Shown piece by piece: positions 19,663-26,606 of a DNA stretch of 64,000 nt; within the stretch, counting starts at the first letter, position 1, and each line of letters opens with the position of its first letter. A model generated the notes under the pieces. That model was not told where the DNA came from and ran no database searches. It worked only from the letters and a program-made list of their open reading frames with translations. Origin of the DNA: a virus (Duplodnaviria; Caudoviricetes). Location: the IMG/VR virus record IMGVR_UViG_3300022602_000026. One strand, written 5' to 3'. The translations under genes were made by a program, and so were the position numbers.

Positions 19663-19720
19663 CGTATAATATCAAATCATATTTTAACTTAAACCCTGGA
19701 CTAAACACCCAGGGTTTTTT
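19649..19720 (+). terminator. Attenuator: antiterminator versus intrinsic terminator
   Basis: Perfect 14-bp IR 19649-62/19684-97 overlaps terminator aaaccctgg(19691-99)/ccagggttt(19709-17) plus T6. Confidence 0.85.
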
Positions 19721-19735
19721 AATGAGGAAAGAAAT

Positions 19736-19888
19736 ATGAGAACAGAAAAGAAAAAGTTATTGGAGCAAGTGCCTGCTGTTCTTACACAGGAACAAAGGCT
19801 AGCTCTAATAGAAGCCAAGTTGGCAAGGGCCGAGCACTATGTGCAGGCTCTAGCCAAACAGGCAAAACGATTAGCTGAAAAACGCTGA
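19736..19888 (+). CDS. 50-aa basic helical protein, first gene after attenuator
   Basis: GAGG RBS; MRTEKKKLLEQVPAVLTQEQRLALIEAKLARAEHYVQALAKQAKRLAEKR. Confidence 0.7.
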   Translation: MRTEKKKLLEQVPAVLTQEQRLALIEAKLARAEHYVQALAKQAKRLAEKR

Positions 19889-19890
19889 TC

Positions 19891-20030
19891 AAAAGTGTTA
19901 AGGAAACGAGGTCCTAGCATCACTTTAAAAATGCAAACGGGCGGACAGGATACATGAATGGCATGGCGACAACTTGCCGAGTAAGACTCCTGGGTAGGGT
20001 ATCAACCCTATCATATCCTCTACCAAGAGG
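19891..20030 (+). ncRNA. Possible structured RNA
   Basis: Hairpins aaagtg/cacttt, cagga/tcctg, taggg/cccta, atatcctct/agagggtat; no ORF. Confidence 0.4.
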
Positions 20031-20125
20031 GTATTCTAAAACACACCAGATGACAATTCCTGGGGGCAATGAGAGCCCACTAAGGCAGGCACGGATCCCG
20101 TGATAACTGGTGTGTTTTAGAATAC
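20031..20125 (+). ncRNA. Stem-closed structured RNA (AAAACACA family)
   Basis: Perfect 19-bp IR gtattctaaaacacaccag/ctggtgtgttttagaatac with inner hairpins. Confidence 0.65.
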
Positions 20126-20219
20126 AACACCCAGACGAAAGAAGCCGATAGATTGATAAACTATGACGGGGCAGTTCGCAAGATAAGTGTTCCAACTGTG
20201 GTGTTGTGTTACTTACAAT

Positions 20220-20310
20220 GGAAGGCCAATCCAAATGGCGATGGAACCGGTCTTGAAAACCGTCGAGCGTTAATAACGCCTTTAGAGTTCGACTCTCTAG
20301 CCTTCCGCCA
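20220..20310 (+). tRNA. tRNA-Ser(TGA)
   Basis: Cloverleaf, loop CTTGAAA, long variable arm, CCA. Confidence 0.9.
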
Positions 20311-20331
20311 AAATCTCACCGCTTCCGCCAA

Positions 20332-20601
20332 TGTTGTATTTGTGCAACACCGCAGTTGTTCAGAAATGACAACTCAGTTATAATAGATACAAGTTAAGCA
20401 ATTAACTGAAGTTAAGCAATTAACAAGTGTTGTATAACAACAACATCAAATTTGCAAAGAAATGATGTCTAAGTTATAATAGATACATGTTAAGAAATTA
20501 ACTAAGTTTAATTGATTAGCAAGTGTGTAGTGTAAATGCAACATCAAATTTGCAAAGAAATGATAAAGCAGTTACAATACATATATGTTAAGAAATTAAC
20601 A
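20332..20601 (+). promoter_or_regulatory. Three tandem operator-promoter units
   Basis: TGTTG(or TGTAG)-N8-CAACA, 6 nt, -35 TTGTTC/TTGCAA, 17 nt, TATAAT/TACAAT, then GTTAAGMAATTAAC; units start 20332, 20428, 20526. Confidence 0.8.
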
Positions 20602-20677
20602 GTAACAAATGATTGAGTTAGTTACAGAGTTCATTAAAAAATTATTTAGGTAGTGCTAGTTTTGCTTGGCAACAAGC

Positions 20678-20938
20678 ACTACTTTAAAACACATTTGAGG
20701 TTACCTACACCGTTAGGTTCTCTAGGAGAGGAGCAAGGGTGCCGACTCACGCAATCCTAGGGCAACATGAAACAGAGCAGTAATGCTTGGCGATAGCGGC
20801 GGACAGGTAGGCAGTAATGACGAACTGAAGTCTGTGCAGACGGTGCACCGGGATGTTATCGAGCGTAAACCCTTATTAGGTAACGAACGGGTTGTGAGAC
20901 GACAGAGGGGAGTTCCTCAAGTGTTTTTTAAAGTAGTT
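20678..20938 (+). ncRNA. ~260-nt structured RNA, unclassified
   Basis: 23-bp closing stem (one mismatch, one G-U), GUAA-capped hairpin, several internal complementary blocks, no ORF. Confidence 0.7.
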
Positions 20939-21008
20939 GAAACTCTAGATTAAATCCACTGGTAATAAAGAGAGAAGTGAGTGGTACTCTCCAACTACTA
21001 ACAATTTT

Positions 21009-21086
21009 GGTCTCATAGTATAGTTGGCCTAATATGCCTGCCTGTCACGCAGGAGATCACGGGTTCGAATCCCGTTGAGACCGCCA
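21009..21086 (+). tRNA. tRNA-Asp(GTC)
   Basis: Cloverleaf, loop CTGTCAC, CCA. Confidence 0.95.
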
Positions 21087-21156
21087 AAGTTTTCTGGCAT
21101 TTTAACAAGGCGAGCCGTCAATGCAGAGTCTAGTTAAATGTAAGTCCAATCTAATT

Positions 21157-21232
21157 GCATCGTTCTTCTAGAGGCCAAGGAAAACCGCCTTTCACGCGGT
21201 CAACACCGGTTCGAATCCGGTACGATGTACCA
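21157..21232 (+). tRNA. tRNA-Glu(TTC)
   Basis: Cloverleaf, loop CTTTCAC, CCA. Confidence 0.9.
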
Positions 21233-21238
21233 AAATTT

Positions 21239-21327
21239 GGGGGCTAATCCACACGGGAGACTGTAAATCTCTTGCCATAATATGTGTGGTGGCTGGCAGT
21301 TAGGTTCGATTCCTTTAGTCCCCACCA
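21239..21327 (+). tRNA. Atypical tRNA-Tyr(GTA)-like RNA lacking a D-arm
   Basis: Acceptor GGGGGCT/AGTCCCC + ACCA, loop CTGTAAA, T-loop TTCGATT, only 10 nt in D-arm position. Confidence 0.65.
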
Positions 21328-21338
21328 TTTGTAGTTGT

Positions 21339-21492
21339 TATTGATAAGTGTTTGAGATGAACATGGGGTATCGTGGACTGATCATCCGCTATGCGGGCCT
21401 AACTGGCGTGGAACAGGTCCTGACATAACCCGCCATACGCTGTTGCCGGAAACGATCCGACGCATAAATTGGCACTCAAGCACTTTTCAATA
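21339..21492 (+). ncRNA. Stem-closed structured RNA abutting tRNA-Arg
   Basis: 18-bp closing stem, inner tatgcg/cgcata and tggcg/cgcca helices. Confidence 0.6.
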
Positions 21493-21567
21493 GTCGCTAT
21501 AGTATAATGGATAATACGCCGTGCTACGAACGCGGTGATTGTGGTTCGATTCCATATAGCGGCACCA
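21493..21567 (+). tRNA. tRNA-Arg(ACG)
   Basis: Loop CTACGAA, CCA. Confidence 0.95.
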
Positions 21568-21573
21568 AACAAT

Positions 21574-21648
21574 GGAGTTGTTAGTTTAGTGGTAAAACCG
21601 CGGGTTGTGATTCCGCTATCACGAGTTCGATTCTCGTACTTCTCCCCA
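21574..21648 (+). tRNA. tRNA-His(GTG)
   Basis: Loop TTGTGAT, G-1, CCA. Confidence 0.9.
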
Positions 21649-21662
21649 GTGTAAAAGTTTTT

Positions 21663-21738
21663 GGGGGTATAGCTCATTTGGTAGAGCAGGACCTTTGCAA
21701 GGTCAAGGCGGCGGGTTCGAATCCTGTTACCTCCACCA
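21663..21738 (+). tRNA. tRNA-Ala(TGC)
   Basis: G3:U70, loop TTTGCAA. Confidence 0.95.
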
Positions 21739-21744
21739 GAATAC

Positions 21745-21836
21745 GGAGACTTGGATGAGTGGTTTAAATCGGCACCCTGCTAAGGTGTTGTATATAGTAA
21801 TATGTACCGAGAGTTCGAATCTCTCAGTCTCCGCCA
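21745..21836 (+). tRNA. tRNA-Ser(GCT)
   Basis: Loop CTGCTAA, long variable arm. Confidence 0.95.
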
Positions 21837-21839
21837 AAT

Positions 21840-21868
21840 TTGACAGTAAATGATGTTACTGTTACAAT
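21840..21868 (+). promoter_or_regulatory. Sigma70 promoter
   Basis: TTGACA-17-TACAAT. Confidence 0.8.
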
Positions 21869-21879
21869 AAGAAATCAGT

Positions 21880-21953
21880 TGGGGATTAGTTAAATGGTAT
21901 AACAGTGGATTTTGATTCCATCGTCGAAAGTTCGATTCTTTCATCCCCTGCCA
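21880..21953 (+). tRNA. tRNA-Gln(TTG)
   Basis: Loop TTTTGAT, CCA. Confidence 0.9.
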
Positions 21954-22100
21954 AAGTTTGTTAGTTATTAAAAAGGAAGTTAACATGAAAGACACTGCTA
22001 AACACTAGTGTCAATCTTGATCCCGTATTGGTCAGGGTTGGCACATTAAAGAACTCTTTAATATAGTATTAAGACATTAAAGAAACTTTTAATACACCAA

Positions 22101-22176
22101 CCCTCTGTGGCGCAATTGGTAGCGCAACGGACTCTTAATCCGCTGGTTGGCAGTTCAAATCTGCCCGGGGGGACCA
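22101..22176 (+). tRNA. tRNA-Lys(CTT)
   Basis: Loop CTCTTAA, CCA. Confidence 0.9.
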
Positions 22177-22179
22177 TAT

Positions 22180-22255
22180 GGGACGTTAGCTCAGTAGGTA
22201 GAGCAAGAAACTTTTAATTTCGAGGTCATGTGTTCGAATCACATACGTCCTACCA
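22180..22255 (+). tRNA. tRNA-Lys(TTT)
   Basis: Loop CTTTTAA, CCA. Confidence 0.95.
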
Positions 22256-22867
22256 TATAAAAACACATTAAGTAAGTCCCGGGCAAGATTCGTTTAATAG
22301 GCATTAGTGTGTTTCTATATGGTAAGTAATGATACAAGAGGGAGTAATTACCCTTCAAGTATGACCTAGAAGCGAGTGGACGAACGTGACTGTGGGCCAC
22401 TAAGGTAGTCAACATTACAATCCATATAAAAACACATTCTTGTGGGTAAGTGACTTGGTTAACGCCGATATCGACCGCCCGTTTGTAGTGTGTTTCTATA
22501 TGGTAAGGGCAAGGTGTGCTGTTGGTATCTGGCTTAGACCTCCGGACTGTCACTAGAATCATTACCGCTCTACTGCTTGGTCGGCAGTACCATATAAAAA
22601 CACATTAGAGTAGCGACTATTGCTGGAGGCGGTAACACGTAATTAGTGTGTTTTTATATGGTATATCAGTTTTTAGTAAGTCATACACGGGACTGCTACC
22701 TACGGGATAGATATCGAGGCTCGGAATCTCGGATACTAATTACAGACTCAATGACGGATGCATACGGCATTGTTGATACGCCATATAAAAACACATTATC
22801 TAACCTGTAGTGCGGTCACAGGACATCGTAAGGTGTGGTAGCCGTGTTAGTGTGTTTCTATATGGTA
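22251..22867 (+). repeat. Array of four conserved inverted-repeat stems with variable loops and variable CCA-ended spacers
   Basis: CCATATAAAAACACATT at 22253, 22422, 22590, 22781; AGTGTGTTTYTATATGG at 22306, 22487, 22645, 22849. Confidence 0.95.
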
Positions 22868-22939
22868 ATATAGCATAGTGGCTAATGCAGTTGCTTCATA
22901 CGCAACCTATCGTTGGTTCGAGTCCAACTATTACCACCA
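22864..22939 (+). tRNA. tRNA(CAT), Met or Ile2
   Basis: Acceptor GGTAATA/TATTACC, loop TTCATAC. Confidence 0.85.
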
Positions 22940-22941
22940 AG

Positions 22942-23048
22942 TTTCGGGATAGACGGCGCGATTGAGTCCCTTGACGGTCTTAGTGCTACAGGCTGTAGCA
23001 TGACACACCAGTAGACCATAAGGTAGCATAAACTCTTGCGTTCGAGAC
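22942..23048 (+). ncRNA. Possible long irregular hairpin RNA
   Basis: Nested pairs gcgcga/ttgcgt, gagt/actc, ggtct/agacc, tgctaca/tgtagca. Confidence 0.45.
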
Positions 23049-23053
23049 AAAGA

Positions 23054-23239
23054 CTAATCTTCTACACCGGGAAGTGGCGGTGTAGTCCTCTCTAGATCAG
23101 TTTCCCGAAAATCTTTATGTTGCGGGGGTTGTGCGTCTGGCACAAACTCCGCTGGAAGACACGTAAACATCTTTTGTTTATAAGGTCGATTTGAGTGTAC
23201 TTTGTACAACATTTGAAATTCTGTGTAGATGTCTTCCAT
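23054..23239 (-). CDS. 61-aa antisense late micro-protein
   Basis: TATAAATA (23244-51, minus strand) 4 nt before ATG; MEDIYTEFQMLYKV... Confidence 0.5.
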   Translation of the reverse strand: MEDIYTEFQMLYKVHSNRPYKQKMFTCLPAEFVPDAQPPQHKDFRETDLERTTPPLPGVED

Positions 23240-23251
23240 ACAGTATTTATA

Positions 23252-23328
23252 GCCCCGATAGCTCAGTTGGTAGTAGCACCGTCTTGATAAGGCGTAGGTC
23301 CCTGGTTCGAGTCCAGGTCGAGGCACCA
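23252..23328 (+). tRNA. tRNA-Ile(GAT)
   Basis: Loop TTGATAA, CCA. Confidence 0.95.
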
Positions 23329-23342
23329 AATTAAAAATTTAT

Positions 23343-23425
23343 TCCACGGGAGCCGCCGGGTGTGGCAGCGGACTGTTAATCCGTGTCGAAAGACTAGCTA
23401 GGTTCGAGCCCTAGCCGTGGAGCCA
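23343..23425 (+). tRNA. tRNA-Asn(GTT), long variable arm
   Basis: Loop CTGTTAA, GTC-GAAA-GAC arm. Confidence 0.9.
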
Positions 23426-23440
23426 ATCATAAATAACTAT

Positions 23441-24046
23441 ATGTATAATTGTATAGTTTGTGAAAAATCTTTTGTCAGCATTATGTCCTTAACCGGTCAT
23501 AAAAGAATGCACGGTCAATCTAATGGCAAATCTAAAAAGATATTGTGTTCGTGTTTAATTACACGTAAGGTAATGCCGCATCAATATTTAGAAAAATATC
23601 AAGACAGTTTAATGGGTTGTAAGCAATGTAAAAAATTGTTTAAACCAACTGCACAAAGAACTACTTTTTGCTCTCAATCTTGTTCGGCAACATATAACAA
23701 TACAGTTTACATAAAACGTAAGAAAAAAGAAAAACTGCCAAAGATTATTAGAGAGAAAAAAGTTTACTCAGAAGCCGAGAAAAAGGCTGCAAATGTTTCA
23801 GCAGTACAAGCCTACAGAGCTCGAAAATATAGTGCGACACTACCAGATACAAATCGCAAACTTATTAATGAGATTTACAAAATGTGCCCAAAAGGTTATG
23901 AAGTAGATCATATTATTGCGTTAAGCGAAGGTGGTCCGCACCATCAAGACAATTTACAGTATCTTCCTGCTATAGAAAATAGACGGAAGAACCGAACACA
24001 AAATTACGACAAAAGTCTTGCTATCAAATGGCAAGATGTGTTATAA
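23441..24046 (+). CDS. HNH endonuclease with Zn-finger-like N-terminus
   Basis: CxxC pairs; YEVDHIIALSEGGPHHQDNLQYL; start reset from 23417 to 23441. Confidence 0.85.
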   Translation: MYNCIVCEKSFVSIMSLTGHKRMHGQSNGKSKKILCSCLITRKVMPHQYLEKYQDSLMGCKQCKKLFKPTAQRTTFCSQSCSATYNNTVYIKRKKKEKLPKIIREKKVYSEAEKKAANVSAVQAYRARKYSATLPDTNRKLINEIYKMCPKGYEVDHIIALSEGGPHHQDNLQYLPAIENRRKNRTQNYDKSLAIKWQDVL

Positions 24047-24142
24047 TAAAAACAAATACAAGTCAGTTCCCGGATGACTCGAAAAATGCGGGCTGCTCAA
24101 TCGCCAACGGAGCGAGCGTAAGGTAACAGTTGGACAAATTTC

Positions 24143-24227
24143 GCCCCTTTGCGCCGAATGGGATGGCAACGGATTTGTAATCCGTCTTCGTAAGATAGAG
24201 AGTGTTCGATTCACTCAGGGGGCACCA
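24143..24227 (+). tRNA. tRNA-Thr(TGT), long variable region
   Basis: G1-C72/C2-G71, loop TTTGTAA, 14-nt variable region. Confidence 0.85.
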
Positions 24228-24234
24228 AACAACA

Positions 24235-24483
24235 ATGTGGACATACTTAGAAACTTTTTTATTAGTATTTGCAACCGACATACTTTATATCTATTATGTT
24301 AAAGCCGTAACAGATCATAAAATATGGCGTGCAACCTTTTGGAGTATGGTAGTTACATTTACTGCTAGTATAGCAGTGATCAACTACACCGAGAACCATT
24401 GGACACTGATATCAAGTTTACTGGGTGCCGGAGCCGGCACTTATATAGGTATGCGATTCATTAAAAAGAATAACGGAGTATAG
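24235..24483 (+). CDS. Small three-helix membrane protein
   Basis: 82 aa, hydrophobic, GAGAGTYIG; stop lies inside tRNA-Pro. Confidence 0.7.
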   Translation: MWTYLETFLLVFATDILYIYYVKAVTDHKIWRATFWSMVVTFTASIAVINYTENHWTLISSLLGAGAGTYIGMRFIKKNNGV

Positions 24484-24551
24484 CGCAGTCTGGCTAGCGC
24501 ATCTGCTTTGGGAGCAGAGGGTCCAAGGTTCGAATCCTTGTACTCCGACCA
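24474..24551 (+). tRNA. tRNA-Pro(TGG)
   Basis: Loop TTTGGGA, CCA. Confidence 0.95.
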
Positions 24552-24563
24552 ATTAAATATAGT

Positions 24564-25634
24564 ATGAAAAGAATAGTTTGGCCATTAAAGATTTATGGTG
24601 ACAAAGATTTATCGGGCAAAATTTGCACGATCCCTTTTAATACTGTAGCAATATCAATTGAAGGTGATGTTCGTATATGTATGTGTACTGATTGGATGCT
24701 ATCCACAGTTGGCAACATTTATGAAAATTCCTTACAAGATATTTTAGTTAATGCAAGATCCACAACAATAAGACAATCTATTGTTGATGGTAATTTTAGA
24801 TACTGTGACGAAACCAGATGCGGAGTATTGCTTAATTCAGACACAGGATTAATTACAGTAACGCAAGAAGATCAATTATTAAAAAATTTACTTGATCCTG
24901 CAAATTTTACAATACCATCTGAGATATGGATAAGTGGTGACATGACCTGTAACCTTTCTTGTCCATCTTGTAGAAAAAGCATAATTCGAGAAACAGAAGC
25001 ACAACAACGACAAAATCAAGAGCTATTAGATAATTTAGTTCAACATATTTTTCCTGGCTCCAGCGATAAAGAAATTACCTTGTACATGAGCGCAACTGCT
25101 GAAGTATTTGCTAGTTCACTGTTACTGGGTTTGTTGGAAAAATTGCCCATTGATCGATACCCTAACATTAGATTAAGTCTACAAACAAACGGGTTATTGG
25201 CCGAACGTAGATGGTCTAGGATCCAACATTTAGAAAAGAATATACATCGTATCACAGTTACCATAGATAGTTGTACCAAACAAAACTATGAACTATTGAG
25301 ACGAGGTGGTAAATTTGAAGATATGGAAAGTAGCTTAGAGTTTTTTTCAAAGAAAAAACGCGAGCTAGGGTTTCAGTATTATATTAGATCAGTAACGCAA
25401 CAAACAAATTGCAACGAGATCGAACAATTTTATGATTATTGCAAACAACACGACGCTGATCGAGTTGAATACTGTAAGTTGGCCAATTGGGGAACTTTCA
25501 CCGAGCAAGAATTTTTAGCACACGATGTGCTTGATAACGCACACCAACAGTACCAATCAACAATTGATACTTTTAATCGACTCAAAGAAAAATACAACGA
25601 TGTATTTTTTATAGGCTTCGCAAGTATGGCGTAA
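24564..25634 (+). CDS. Radical SAM protein with N-terminal SPASM-like domain
   Basis: TCNLSCPSC, LQTNG, ITVTIDS; stop lies inside tRNA-Leu. Confidence 0.9.
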   Translation: MKRIVWPLKIYGDKDLSGKICTIPFNTVAISIEGDVRICMCTDWMLSTVGNIYENSLQDILVNARSTTIRQSIVDGNFRYCDETRCGVLLNSDTGLITVTQEDQLLKNLLDPANFTIPSEIWISGDMTCNLSCPSCRKSIIRETEAQQRQNQELLDNLVQHIFPGSSDKEITLYMSATAEVFASSLLLGLLEKLPIDRYPNIRLSLQTNGLLAERRWSRIQHLEKNIHRITVTIDSCTKQNYELLRRGGKFEDMESSLEFFSKKKRELGFQYYIRSVTQQTNCNEIEQFYDYCKQHDADRVEYCKLANWGTFTEQEFLAHDVLDNAHQQYQSTIDTFNRLKEKYNDVFFIGFASMA

Positions 25635-25705
25635 TCGGTAGCCGCAGCAGACTTAAAATCTGCCGAGTTTGACTCGTCCCGGTTCGATTCCGGGTACTTG
25701 CACCA
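25620..25705 (+). tRNA. tRNA-Leu(TAA)
   Basis: Loop CTTAAAA, long variable arm. Confidence 0.95.
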
Positions 25706-25707
25706 AC

Positions 25708-25784
25708 ACCACTGTAGTCTAACTGAATAAGGCACCGCTCTTCTAAAGCGTACGATGTGAGTTTGAATCTCGCCAGTGGTACCA
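25708..25784 (+). tRNA. tRNA-Arg(TCT)
   Basis: Loop CTTCTAA, CCA. Confidence 0.9.
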
Positions 25785-25826
25785 TTTATCATAAATACTT
25801 CTATGTAAAGACTAGGAGTAGAAGTA

Positions 25827-26528
25827 ATGGATTATAAGAAAATATACGAAAATTTAATAGATCGTGCTAGAGATCGATGTTTAATAGATGGTGAATATTA
25901 TGAATCGCACCACATTGTTCCTAGATGTTTAGGTGGTAATGATAGTATTGATAATTTAGTAAATCTAACAGCTAGAGAACATTTTATAGCACATTTATGC
26001 CTAGTTAAGAATAATCCGGGTAATCATAAACTTGTGAAAGCGGCCGTTATGATGACTGTTAGTGGCACAGTTCATAATAGAATAGGGAATAGAGTTTATG
26101 AATGGTTAAGAAAAAAGCATTCAGTTGCAATGAGTATTTCACAATCCGGAAAAGGTAATAGCCAATTTGGATCTGTCTGGGTATTTAACGATATCTTAAA
26201 AGAAAATAAAAAAGTTAAAAAATCTGAATTATCTACGTTTATTGCCGCCGGGTGGCATGAAGGAAGAGTTTATGATTTTGATAGCGTATATCAAAATTGT
26301 GCAGTTTGTGGAAAAGACTTCAGAAACCATTTTAAGAAAAAGACTTGCAGTTACACATGTCAAGAAATCTTAAAAGGCAAATTTAAAAGTTTTGAAGGCA
26401 AAGAAGAAGAATTAAAAATGCATTATGCAAATACTAAGAGTATGAATAAAGCATTAAAGGCAATGGGATATCCTGGAGCAGTTAGCCATTATTATCAATG
26501 GGCTAAACGTATCCTAAAGCAAACATAA
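25827..26528 (+). CDS. HNH homing endonuclease
   Basis: YYESHHIVPRCLGGNDSIDNLVNLTAREHFIAHLCL. Confidence 0.9.
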   Translation: MDYKKIYENLIDRARDRCLIDGEYYESHHIVPRCLGGNDSIDNLVNLTAREHFIAHLCLVKNNPGNHKLVKAAVMMTVSGTVHNRIGNRVYEWLRKKHSVAMSISQSGKGNSQFGSVWVFNDILKENKKVKKSELSTFIAAGWHEGRVYDFDSVYQNCAVCGKDFRNHFKKKTCSYTCQEILKGKFKSFEGKEEELKMHYANTKSMNKALKAMGYPGAVSHYYQWAKRILKQT

Positions 26529-26531
26529 TTT

Positions 26532-26606
26532 GCGACTATAGCATAGCGGTAGTGCCGCGAACTCATAATTCGTACGGGGGTGGTTCGAATCCACCTGGTC
26601 GCACCA
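26532..26606 (+). tRNA. tRNA(CAT), elongator Met or Ile2
   Basis: Loop CTCATAA, CCA. Confidence 0.9.

Noticed and set aside
20678-20938. tmRNA, RNase P RNA or group I intron
   Set aside because: No GGGGC/CCACCA ends or tag frame, no GAGGAAAGUC core, no interrupted host gene or P7 motifs recognised
22608-22644. GTAACACGT resemblance to a 16S rRNA segment in loop 3
   Set aside because: A 9-nt sense match is too short to be meaningful
22251-22867. CRISPR or TIGR array
   Set aside because: Repeats alternate in orientation, inserts vary from 36 to 124 nt and are self-structured, no box C/D-like periodicity, and no cas or Tas-like gene in the window
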